Notes under the pieces: model-generated | Databases searched by the model: none | What the model saw: only the letters and a program-made list of their open reading frames with translations | What the model was told of the DNA's origin: nothing | Program-made: the position numbers and the translations under genes | DNA from: Protoeuglena noctilucae | Taxonomy: Eukaryota | Assembly: GCA_958009085.1 (NCBI GenBank) | Contig: OY253676.1 | Coordinates: forward strand, 930,001-994,000 | DNA length: 64,000 nucleotides | Direction of reading: 5' to 3' | Shown: positions 1 to 11,122 of the stretch, in pieces | How the letters are laid out: the number at the start of each line of letters is the position of its first letter | Numbering within the stretch: position 1 is the stretch's first letter

Positions 1-1765
1 CCACCGATGGCCCATGCGCACACGACACACGCGCAGTGCCCTCACCGTGGCAGCCATGTCGTACGCCTCCTTGTACTCCCGCAGGTTCTTTGGGCGATAT
101 CGCTCGCCCCCGGCTCGGCCCCCGCTCCCCTCGTAGTCTCTCCCCTTGTCCTCGGCCCCATTCGCGGGGGGGTATCCCCCACCAGCGTACATCCCGTCGC
201 CGTACCCGCCTATGTACTGCCCGTAGTGATCGTACCCACCGTGAGGCAGGGGCCCGACGTCCGCCACGCTCGCGGGCTCGTCCCGCCCACCCCCTGCACT
301 GGCCGCGCGATCCCGGGCGCCCTCCGCCCGCCCCGACCTGCGGCCCTCCCCCCGTCTGTCCCCGGCGACTGCTGCGCCTCCACGGCGCCCCGCACCTTCC
401 CCCTCGCTGTGATGCCCCGCCTGCGCGCCCGCCGCACGCCCACTGCGCCGCCCGTGCTTCGCCATGCGAGGTTCAGGAGCGGGTGCGCTGGAGGATGGCT
501 CCGTCCTGCGTGCGGCGCAGACGATGGAGACGCGGTGAGGCTGCCTGGGATGTGAGGGGGGCTGCTGAAGCGGACACCTCCGCCTGCCCCATCAGTGTCT
601 CACCCCAATCGTGGCGAGAAGAGCGCTGGGTCAGGGACGGGGGCGGGGTATGCCGCCTCGAAGCCGCGATGCAGGGCGTACGGCGCGCTCGGATCAACTC
701 CTCTCACGGCCAGCGGCGCGCCAAACGAGAACGCGGGCACGGGGGCCTGCATCGGCACCAGGCTGCATGGACGGAGAGCATGTTGCCAGTTTGTCATCAT
801 GGACGCCATGCGATGCCCTGCACCGACGTGCAGCTCACAGGCGTGTTACGTGCAACTGGAGGGGCCAGCGCTCACCCTGGCGCGGCGTATCCCCCCATCG
901 ACACCGGTGCTCCCATCGGCCCGTATCCCATGCCAAGCAGCTGCGCGTACCCTGCTGCCGGCGCCACAGTGCCCGGATATGCGGCCGGCGCTGACGCACC
1001 GGGCATGTGCCAGCTTGGACCCATGGCCTCGCTCCCATACGCCATCGGGGCAGCCATGGGGACCTGCAGCAAACGTCTCCGTGCGCAGGGTTCGTCGGTT
1101 CTACAGACGCCTCCCTCCACGCACCAGCGATGCATGGCTGTTGGAGTGGAAAGGAGTAGCACCGCGACCCGATGAGCTCACCTGCGGGGGAGCCATCTGC
1201 CCCAGGAGCGCCTCCGCTGCTTGACTCGCCACCTGCTGCAGGGCACGGTTCACGGCGCGGACATCCGAGTGGAGGGGCACGCTCCCGGGCAGAGGTCGCG
1301 ATGCGCCGTCCTGCGAACGGCACGACTGCGAAAGTAAGAGTCCCCGGCTTCCTCAATAGCACCTGGGGCACTTGATAGGTGCCGCGGGTTCCTCACCTGT
1401 CCCGCTACAGCCTGCCCGCCCCGCGACGACGTCGGGTGCTTGTGGAGCTGGTTGAAGAGTCTCGTGAGAAGGTCCATGGCCGCGTCCCCTTCGGCGGCGA
1501 CGATGTGCGCGACCTCGTCTGCCGAGCACCGCACGCCGACCTTCTTCATTTGCTTCTGCAGCAGCGCCCAGTTGGAGTTCTTGCTGATGCTGGAGGTCCC
1601 ATTCACGTACGAGTGCATGGAGAACTCCTCGGGGAAGTATTTAGAGAGGATCTCGGCCACCAAGAAGCCGTTGCTCAAGTCGCGCTTGGGGACCTTGATG
1701 GAGTACGAGAGGTCGAGGGACAGGAGCCACTTGACCATCTCGCGCGACAGACCCAGGTTCGACAT
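1..1765 (-). CDS. SPATA4/SPEF1-like calponin-homology (CH_2) protein with long Pro/Gly/Tyr-rich C-terminal part; multi-exon, runs off the left edge
   Basis: ATG 1765: MSNLGLSREMVKWLLSLDLSYSIKVPKRDLSNGFLVAEILSKYFP...NW matches the SPATA4/SPEF1 CH_2 pattern (LSRE.L.WL.SLDL; RD.SNGFL.AEI). Further GT-AG exons follow down to about position 46 (...YRPKNLREYKEAYDMAAT|gtgagg). Confidence 0.85.
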
Positions 1766-2341
1766 CTCTGCGCAGGATGCGAGGCCGACGTGAAGGGCGC
1801 ACGGCGCGCATCCGCATCAACCGAAACGCAGCGACGCATGCAGCAGGTCCCCTCGCCTGCACAGACTCGGGCCCGGCCCGGCAACGTGCCCTTCGCCAGA
1901 CAGAAGAATCAGCTTGCCACAGACAGCCAGGCAGGCTCGCTGCAGCGGAGGCGCGTCTAGGGTGCGACTTTGCGCGCTTCGACGAACCAACAGTCACGCG
2001 CCCTCAGCTCTAGGCGTCTCCACGGACCCGCAGATGTCTTGGGACGTGCATGCTGCGCATCACTCGGATTGCTGGGGATCCAATCGCGCCCCAGACGACA
2101 TGAGACGGGCAAACACTTCTGACACATTTAGGTCGGGTTTTAGTCGCGAGCGCAGGCGCCGCCTGTCAACAAGCGACTCCTTCGGCTTCTCACTCTCGTA
2201 GATCCTTGTGGCGGGGAAGGAGCCCAGAGGATTTCCCTGTTCTCGGCGATTTCTGCGTCGTAGACGATTTGGGGACCCCGACTTGGCTTCGCGCGATACC
2301 TGTATTGCGTCCTTTCCGAGATCGCTCAGGCCGTCTAAGCG

Positions 2342-3395
2342 ATGGCGGACGACGCGGACTTCACTGCAACTCTGGTGAGAACGCCTGATAGGGCGCATAC
2401 ACACTCTGGGAACTCAAGGCCGCCACTCGTGCGATGGGTGGTCCGCACAGATGCCTGGACGGGGCGCTGATGCCGCTGTTCCATAACTGACCTCGCCGGC
2501 GCTTCCCTTTCCGGCCTGCGGGCTTGGGGGCCGCGGGAAGAGTCGACACCGCCTGGTCAGGGCGCAATCTTGCAGCTCTGTCCGTGGGGATGGGGTTGTG
2601 ACGGAACAACCTGCGCTCCGCGCGGGGGCGCAGCTCCCCGGACGCGTGCATTTGGTGCTGTTGTGCAGTCGCGGGAGGGTGTGACGAGGCGCGCTCGGCC
2701 CACGCCACCATCGGCACACTAGCAAACGCTCGCGCCCCGCCAGGCGATGGGGCTGCAGTGGAACCCATTGGCGGGGGGAAGGGTGGGCATGGGAATCGCC
2801 TCCTCATCCTTGCTGCGCAGGACCCTGCGACGGTGAAGCTGTATCAGCGGCAGTTCAGTTTCTTCGACAAGGACGGGGATGGGAAGATCAACGCGAAGGA
2901 GCTCCTCCAGACGCTGAGGGCGCTGGGGCGCTCGGCATCCGAGGCCACCGCGAAGGCTCTGATTGGGGACGTGGACCTGGACCACGACGGCGTGGTCAAC
3001 TTCTCGGAGTTCTGCCGCATCCTGGAGAAGAACAAGGCGGAGGGCGTGGACGACGTGGGCATTCGGAAGGCCTTTGACCATTTCAGGGGTGGGGCAGAGG
3101 GCATCAGCCCCGAGGGCTTGGCTCGGGTCATCTCCGAGATGGGCGAGAAGATGTCTGAGGAGGACATCCAGGAGATCTTCGAGGCGGCAGACACGAACAA
3201 CGTGAGCTGCCGCAAGGGTCCTGGGCCGCTGGGATCTGCTCTAACCAGGACCCCTGCTGGACCCCTGGGGATCGTGTGGCTTAGCTCGGCGCTGAAGACC
3301 ATGGGCCTCTCCCTCTGCCGCAGGATGGCATCATTGACTACGAGGAGTTCAAGGTGCTGATGGCAGGGAGGAGCATGAAGGGGTCGCCGGTGTGA
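2342..3395 (+). CDS. Calmodulin-like EF-hand protein (3 exons; EF3 degenerate)
   Basis: Exons 2342-2374 (MADDADFTATL|gtgaga), 2821-3201 and 3324-3395. EF loops DKDGDGKINAKE, DLDHDGVVNFSE and DTNN|DGIIDYEE; the third loop (FRGGAEGISPEG) lacks acidic ligands. Confidence 0.88.
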
Positions 3396-3742
3396 GCTCA
3401 GGCCCTGCGCATCGAATTCAGCATGATGGCGCTCCTGCTCGGACAGGTCCTCTCAGCAGCAGCCACAGACAGCGATATTGAAATCCTTCCAGCGCTACGT
3501 CGGGCGTAAGAAAGTATCACTGTCAGGAGATCCCATGAGCAGCTCTCAGGCAACAGCAGTTCACGGCTCCCGACCAGGTGGACAGAACCTTAGCCACGTC
3601 AGCTATTGAGCACACGCGTCTCGTGTCCTCCCAACTCCGTCTCACACAGCAATTTTACTAGGGAGCAACTCACATTTGCTTTGAGACAGAGGCTGACGTG
3701 CGATCCTGTGCGTGTTACGTGACACTCCTCTGAGGGTGCCAG

Positions 3743-4822
3743 ATGCGGGCATCGGCCCTGGCGTGGGCTGTGGCCCTCCTCCTTGCGTCCATGGCATGGG
3801 GGGCGCGTATCGCCGACGACGAGGCCAAACGGCTCGGCGCGCTGATCATGAAAGACAATAGCTGTTATAAGGTACATACTCACACCCTTGCTGCGGGGTT
3901 TCAGCGACGCGATCTCGCTTGGTGGCCCGCACCGCGCACTGGAGGCCCCGGCCCTGCCTGCAGCTCACGTCGGGCGATTGGGAGTACAGTCTCTGTCACG
4001 GGAAACATCTCAATCAAGTAAGCCACAAGCGAGAGGCGAACCTGGGAATGTGGCTCCCGGGCGGTCTCAACCCATCGAGCAAGTACGACGAGTTCACGGA
4101 GGGGCCCGAGCTGGTCCTCTGGATGACAGGTGGGATGCGGAATGCGGTGGATCGATGGGTGCAGCATTCACCACGCGGTGTCCTCCTCTGCTCGGCCTGA
4201 GCTTGGTTCAATCCCCCGCAGAGGGGCACCAGTGCCGGGGTGGCAAGCAGAAGACCCGGCTGAGGTACGTCTGCGGCATGAAGTCCAAGGTCGTGCGATT
4301 CGAGGAGCTCAACAGCTGCGACTACCACATCACCGTGGGCCATCCCGCGCTGTGCGTCCCCTACAACTCCTTCCACACCGACGCCGCCGTCCAGGCGCTT
4401 CAGCTGGACGGCAGCTGCGTGGACTTCTTTGACGGAGAGTACAGCATGATGGTGTGCAATGGGAAAGGCGTCAAGCGGTGGCCGACGTACGACATCGGCT
4501 ACTGGACCCCGGTGGAGCCGACGCTGGGGTACGAGGGCGACTACCCAACGCTCACCTATCTACTCAAGAACGGCTCGTCAATCAAGTGCAATGGCGCCAA
4601 CCGCCAGGTGCGTAGCACTGCTGGCGGCTGGCGGCACTGTCCTGGTAGAGTCATGAGCTGCGCCCTGACGCCTGTTGGGTCTGCGCGCAGGCCCACGTCA
4701 CGTACGTGTGCCAGCCCAGCCTGGGCTCTTCAGCCTCGACCCAGCTCCTCGAGGTGAAGGAGAGCCCCGCTTGCACGTACTACGTCAAGGTGCACACGGG
4801 GGTCCTCTGCGTCAGGTCGTGA
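3743..4822 (+). CDS. Secreted/ER-luminal protein with two MRH (mannose-6-phosphate-receptor homology; PRKCSH/OS-9-like) domains
   Basis: Signal peptide MRASALAWAVALLLASMAWG; 4 exons. Two repeats of the MRH Cys pattern: C..WEYSLC..NQ...G.QC..RLRYVC..EELNSCDY.....PALC and C..EYSMMVC...G..C..NRQAHVTYVC..KESPACTY....TGVLC. Confidence 0.75.
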
Positions 4823-5123
4823 CGGGGCAGAGGCAGTGAGGCAGTGAGTGAGGCAGTGAGTCTCTTCACACCTGGCCCCGCGGGGCTGCCGTGGATGGCT
4901 ACCACTAGTCCGAACGGCCTGCGCGATCGGGAGTGTGCTAGGCGCGTTGGTCGCGCTGGCAGGCGGCATGGGAAAGGGTGAACGCGACAAAAAATGGATG
5001 AGTCCAACACCATGCAATCAACCAAGCCTCCTCCTCGTCCCCCCCCACGTCAAAGTTAACACCGGGAGTGCCACTGCATGTCATGTCATGGCAATCACGC
5101 TCGCTTGGTCCCACGGAATCCCA

Positions 5124-7115
5124 CTACATCTTGCTCATGGGCGGGCTGCCGTTGTTACCCCCCTCGCCCTCCTTCGCTGACACATACGAGACGAGCACGG
5201 TGATGTCGTCGAGCTTGCCGCCCATGTAGGCGTACCCCCTCTGGAGGGCGCCGTGCATGAAGGGCGACCACGCCGTCTGGTCCATCCCCCGCCGCTGCGC
5301 CTGCTTGGCCATGACGCTCGCCAGCGCACGCGGCGCCTTGCCCCGCCGCCGCGCCTCCCCCACTAGCTCCACGATCTCGTTCGCCCAGAGGTTGTCCCAC
5401 AGCCCGTCCGAGGCGGCGATCAGCACGTCCCCCGGCCGCAGCTGCACGTGGAACTCCTGGGCCTCCTCGGGAGGGTCGCTGATGTTCTCCGATCCCAACT
5501 GAAACACAGGAGGCGGCGGAGAGGAGTCACGTTGGTTCACCCACCCAAGGGGATGCCTGGTCCCTTGCCTGTGTTCTTGGCGCTCGCCTGGAAAGGGAAG
5601 TTGAAGTCGTGCTGCTGCGGGGGCGTCGTGAAGACGATCTGGTCGTCGCGGACGACCGACACGCCCGAGTCGCCGATGTTGGCGACGTGCAGCGTGTCCC
5701 CGCATAGCATGGCCACGCACGCCGTCGAACTCCCCATCGCCCGCGTCTTCAGGTACGCCTTGCGCAGCACGCGCTTGGGGGCCGTCCCGCACGGCGCCTC
5801 CGTCCGCACCGCCTCGTGGCACCACCGCATGAGCTCGCGCGCGTACTCGGCGGGGTCCACGCCGTGCTCCGCCCAGCCCCCTACGCCGTCCGCCACGCCG
5901 AAGGCCGAACCGTCCTCGCTGATAAACCACGCGTCCTCCCCGCCCTTGTGCGCCTTGTCGGGATGCGGGAGGTTCGCCACCGCCGTCGACAGCCGCAGCA
6001 CATCCGACCGCGGGCCCCCCGCCGGGCACTCGCCGTCCCCCGCCGCATCCGGCGACGCCCGCCCCGCGCCCGACACCGGCCCCGCCGCGGCCTCCCCGCC
6101 CGCGCCCGCCATCCGGGGGCGTTCCTCCGCCACCAGCCCCATCGCGTGGCCCGCGGCGAGGGCCTCGTCCCACAGCCCGCTCTCCGGGGCCGGGGCCGGG
6201 CCGGGCCGCTCGACCGCCAAGGCGGGGAAGTCCGCTCCCCCGTCAAGTCCCAGCGCGGCCACCTCGGCCTCCGCCGTCTCGGGCAGGATGATCCCGCGCT
6301 CCCGGAACGCCTCGAGGAGCGCCCGCATGTCCTCCGGAGAGTGCTTGCGGGGGCGTGACCGCGAGCCGGTGCCCCCCGCGCACTCCTCCGCGGGCGCAGG
6401 TGGCGCCGGCACGAGGCTCTCGTCCTCCGAGAAGTGGAAGGCCCCGGAATCCAAGTGGAGGCTGCCCGCTGCCGCGCTCATCTGCAGACGCAGAGTCGTT
6501 CCCATATGACAGCGAGTCGAGGAAGTGCGATCGAGGTTCAGATGTAATGCGAACGCGTCAAGCGTCACCAGAATCGACTCCCACAGCGCATGGATCGGAG
6601 GGCCGTTCCCCAGCAGGACGTCGGGGTCAACGCGCGTGGCGTGGTGGCTGTATGGCCCGCCAGAGCTCGAGTTTGCCGGCTGAGCGCGGGTTAGGAGAGG
6701 AGCATGACGAGCGGACCATCGCTGGATCCTGCGAGCGGCGATCCGGGGCCACAGACGGTCAGCGCAGCATGAGCAAAGACAGGTACTGCACAGAGCTCGC
6801 CTCGCCCCGCACACCTGCTGGTCCCGGCGCCGAGTGAAGAGAGACCCGCGTACAGAGTCGAACGCAGTACCCAGCTGAAGGTCTGGCCGGGCGCGCTGCG
6901 AGGGAAGGGCGCGTGTTCACGTGACTGCCCAGAGCTCTGACCCTGGCCGCCCAGCGCGGTGATGGCCATACGACTCACCCGCCACGAGAGAAGATCGGCA
7001 GGCTCGACATCATGCCGGCGGAGCAGGGCTGATGGAGGCGCCGGGGACCGTGGAAGCTGCTCGCAAACGCCGCGCCAACCAGCCTGGAAAGCAACGCCTC
7101 TCGACCGACGAGCAT
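5124..7115 (-). CDS. PTC7-type PP2C protein phosphatase, probably organelle-targeted; exons upstream of 6481 uncertain
   Basis: Motifs LPHPDK..GGEDAWF, FGVADGVGGW, GSSTACV, ANIGDSG, QQHDFNFPFQ|LG, DVLIAASDGLWDN and GGKLDDITV. GC-AG intron 5587-5499. Candidate presequence MLVGREALLSRLVGAAFASSF from ATG 7115. Confidence 0.9.
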
Positions 7116-7426
7116 GCCTCGACACCGCCCGCAGAGATGTCAACGCACCCACGACAAGGTCAAGCGTGAACCTCGGGGCGACTTGGGGGGATAACACTCA
7201 CGAGCAGGGAGCGAGTTTGACAAGGAACTAAACCATGGAACGATCGACATCTGAATCACGACAGCGTCGATGATTGTCCCTATTGATCGGGGAGGCCTCT
7301 GGCACTGGGTTAATCGGCTCTTGCGCCGTTTATCGATTGCTTCATGACGTGAATCATGGCCCGACACTCGCATGTCCCTGCTGTCTGCATGGCGGAGCGC
7401 GTAGGGGGCCGCAGGGCGCAGCCATC

Positions 7427-8212
7427 ATGACGAACCAGGAGGAGCTGGACGAGATGCGAATAGCTTTCAGCATATACGACACGAACCAGGACGGGGCAAT
7501 AGATTCTCACGAGCTAGAGAACGTCGTGCGGCGAGCAGGTCCGACGGGGCCGGGTTCGGACGGGCGCACGATGCCGCATGCGTGCGTGGCCCCGCCGCAT
7601 CCCGCGTATGCGATGGACAGCCCGGCCCGGGTCAAGACTTGGTTTGTAGGTTCTCTTCGGTGTCGCTGGGATGTAACGTCGTCTGCTCTCGCTGCCGAAG
7701 GACGCGCACAGGGCCTGTCCTTGACTGCAGGTCGCAACCCCACTCCTGAGGACATCCAGAAGCTCATCGAGCAGTTTGACATTGACGGGGACAAGCTCAT
7801 CAAATTCGACGAGTTCAGCGCCATGATGATTGCCATGGGACCAGGTCGGTGGTGGGTCTCAACGGGAACATGCGCACCCATGGGCTCGTCAGCGGTCAAG
7901 CAGCCCGAATGCTGTGATGGGCTGACTGGCCCGAACGTGGCCCGCGCAGGCGTGACAGAGGAGGACGCCATGGAGGCCTTCCGGGTGTTCGACCTCAACG
8001 GGGACGGGCGCATCACGACGTCGGAGCTGGAGCGCGTCATGACGCAGATGGGGACGCCCCTGACGCAGGAGGAGCTCGCGGAGCTCATGGCGGATGTCGA
8101 CGTCGACAGGGACGGCGTCATCGACTACGCAGAGTTCACACGCATGATGCTGAAGGGGGGTGGGCCACTGGGGCAGGCGGCTGCAGACCAGGATGACGCC
8201 GTCCCTATATAG
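7427..8212 (+). CDS. Calmodulin-like protein with four EF hands (3 exons)
   Basis: Introns 7539-7730 and 7845-7949. Loops DTNQDGAIDSHE, DIDGDKLIKFDE, DLNGDGRITTSE and DVDRDGVIDYAE; GRNPT linker as in calmodulin; short extra C-terminal tail. Confidence 0.9.
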   Translation: MTNQEELDEMRIAFSIYDTNQDGAIDSHELENVVRRAGPTGPGSDGRTMPHACVAPPHPAYAMDSPARVKTWFVGSLRCRWDVTSSALAAEGRAQGLSLTAGRNPTPEDIQKLIEQFDIDGDKLIKFDEFSAMMIAMGPGRWWVSTGTCAPMGSSAVKQPECCDGLTGPNVARAGVTEEDAMEAFRVFDLNGDGRITTSELERVMTQMGTPLTQEELAELMADVDVDRDGVIDYAEFTRMMLKGGGPLGQAAADQDDAVPI

Positions 8213-8580
8213 AGCGGGGCGAGTGGTTGCGTCGGCTTTCAGCGTTGGCGGACATGTGTCCCCTTAGGCAGGCCGTGGAACGGCCATGACCACGTCACGT
8301 CGTGCAGAGTGCGTGTGGCCCTGCCCTGCAGGACGGCTGCGAGATGCTAGCATGCAGGGATACATGGTTCCACGGAGTACGCTGTGGGTTTTTGAAAGCC
8401 GTACTTTACGGATGTTGAAAGTTCAACGACATGCGCACCCCCGAGAGCCAGCGCATGAGGCGGGCCAGCTCACTCAGTGCGCCATCCGGCACCTTCGCCG
8501 TGCGGGTGGAAAGCGCGGGCCCGCACGCGCTGGGCCCCTCCGGTGCATGCTGTTGCCGGTCCTCGCACGCGCGCGCCCCT

Positions 8581-10177
8581 TCAGAAGCATTTGCGGTGGA
8601 CGATCCCCGGCCCCGACTCCTGGTAATCCTCCCGGGTGACCCACATTTGGCTGAAGGTGGTGAGGGACGCGAGGATGGAGCCACCGATCCACACGCTGAA
8701 GCGACGCTCGGCAGGAGCCACCACGCGGACCTGCAGGAGAGGGGCAGGCAGTTGTGGGATTGACGGCACAGCACGTCTCGCAGTCCGCGAAGCCACCCTA
8801 CAGCAGCGGCCCTCTCCCCGCACCTTCATGGCGGACGGCTTGAGGATGTTGATCTCGCGCGTCATGCGCGCCTCGATGTTCTCGAACATGGTCGACCCGC
8901 CCGACAGCACGATGTTGCCGTACAGGTCCTTGCGGATGTCCACGTCGCACTTCATGATCGAGTCGAACGCCGTCTCGTGGATGCCCTTGGCCTCCATGCC
9001 CAGCAGGGACGGGTTGAAGAGCACCTCGGGGGCACGGAAGCGCTCGTCCCCAACCGTAATGACCTGCGGGTGGGTGGGGTGGGAAGAGAGGTTAACGTGA
9101 ACGTGAACGTCGGAATCGCCGTCTTAGCCCGCAGGCGTCGCAGCGACTCCTCCGTCGCAGCGTCCCCCACCTGCCCGTCCGGCAGCTCGTACTCCCGGTT
9201 GATTTCGCTCGACTTCTCCGCCCTCGCCAGCTCCGCCTTGTAGTCCTCCGCCAAGAAGCACGTCTTCTCCTTGATGTCACGCACGATCTCACGCTCCGCC
9301 GACGTGGTGAACGAGTACCCCCGCTCCGTGAGGATGCGCGCCAGGTAGTCCGTGATGTCGCGGCCGGCCAGGTCCAGGCGGAGGATGGCGTGGGGCATCG
9401 CGTACCCCTCGAAGATCGGCACCGTGTGGCTGACGCCGTCCCCCGAGTCGAGCACGATGCCCGACGTGCGGCCCGTGGCGTACAGCGACAGCACGGCCTG
9501 GTACGATATGTACATGGCGGGCACGTTGAACGTCTCAAACATCGTCGTGGTCATCTTCTCCCTGCGAAAAGGACGCCCGCCTGCGTTCGAGGGACGCCCG
9601 CGCCCGCAGGCAGGGCCACGGCCGCGTGCGTCGCCCTCACCGGTTCTGCTTGGGGTTGAGGGGGGCCTCGGTGAGCAGCACGGGGTGCTCCTCCGGCGCC
9701 AGCCTGAGCTCGTTCACGAATGTGTGGTACCAAATCTTCTCCATGTCCTCCCAGTTGACCACCACGCCGTGCTCGATGGGGTAGCGCAGCGTGAGGCGCC
9801 CGCGCTTGGCCTGCGCCTCGTCCCCGACGTAGTAGTCCTTCTGGCCCATGCCCACCATCACGGCCTCGCTCTTGGGACGACCCACGATCGAGGGGAACAC
9901 GCAGCGGGGGGCGTCGTCCCCTGGGGAGGGGCGGGGACGAGGGGACGTCATGTGCAGGTCCCCGGCGCCAGGTCGCGGGCAGCGCCGATCCACCCGTCCC
10001 TCGCGGGGCGAGCGTCGATGCGAGGAGGACGCGGACGCTTGACGACGACTAGCTCGACCGGCAACGGAAGGCCCGGGGGCAGCACGCGCCGCGCAGCAGC
10101 AGCGCACCTGCGAACCCCGCCTTCACCATCCCCGAGCCATTGTCAATGACGAGCGCCGAAATCTCGCCGTCCGCCAT
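8581..10177 (-). CDS. ACT: Actin, divergent isoform (5 exons)
   Basis: Full-length actin: [29 protein letters not shown]...YPIEHG...EAPLNPK...DSGDGVSH...ELPDGQ|VI...[11 protein letters not shown]...IVHRKCF*. Four GT-AG introns. Confidence 0.96.
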
Positions 10178-11122
10178 GACTCCCTGACACGCCACTCGAG
10201 GGCGCCGACAAGCGGTGGCCTGCGAGCGTGGGGCGGGGAGCGGATCCGTGGCGCCGGGGACCTGGGTGCACGGGACCCCTGCGCGATCGACTGGGGCGCT
10301 TCCCGCGATCTCGACCACTCAACGAGCGGCTGAAGACGAACGGAGCAGCGCAGAAACCACGCGCGCGACGCGAGGCGCGCCGGCAGGCCAGGCTCGCTCA
10401 GCAGCAACGCGACCGCAGGAGCAGAAGACTCCGAGGCCTGTGCGAGGATCCGGGGTCCACAGCCCGTGCCCCGATGACCAAGCGAACCCGAAAGCCCAAG
10501 AGAACGTCGCGCGTCGCAGAGAGCGTCGGAAGCTGCGCCCTCGGCCAGCGACAGCCGGCATTCAAACCGAGGGCCGAGCGTCGGGGCGGCCCTGCGGCGC
10601 CCCAGCGCCGGCCTCAGGCTCGACGCACGGTAAGCGGGCAGGAGCAACGCAACGGAGCCCACGCAGGATCGTCGCGACGACGACGGGGTCGCGTCCCGCG
10701 GGGAGGGCGCGAATGTCGCAAATCCAGGAGGCAGAGCTGCCAAACGTTTGATCACAAGTTGCGCGAAACGCGCACAGCAAGCCATCGCCCACGCCACAGG
10801 CTCACCTGGGCTGGGTGCGGTCCCCTTCGCGATTAATCCGAGCTCTGAAATCAGCTGCACCTCCTGCAGACACCGGGCGCATCTGTGCTGGATGGGCAGC
10901 AGCGCTGCGGTTGAGTTTCACCAGCTTTGCCATGCGTGGGGGCAGCCCCGCCCTGACAGCCAGTGATGGCCTGCTCATCGGCGTATCCAGGGACGCTGCC
11001 AGGGGAAATTATAGCCAGCACGCTAGACATGAGCTGAGTTGCATGGTGTGACACACCCGGCATCCGATTACGCCCCCGTTGCAGACCACTGCGCCCCCGT
11101 GCTTTCGTTGAGGCCGATCGGG

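Noticed and set aside
4130..4221. GGTTCAATCCC T-loop-like motif suggesting a tRNA
   Set aside because: It lies at an intron 3' end, and no acceptor stem, D-arm or anticodon arm can be formed.
4830..4862. GAGGCAGT x3 short repeat
   Set aside because: Simple slippage repeat in a 3' flank, with no spacer structure; not CRISPR-like.
7539..7949. Both introns of the second calmodulin-like gene are 3n and stop-free (192 and 105 nt)
   Set aside because: Plausible by chance at this GC content, and retention would break EF-hand pairing; no evidence of function.
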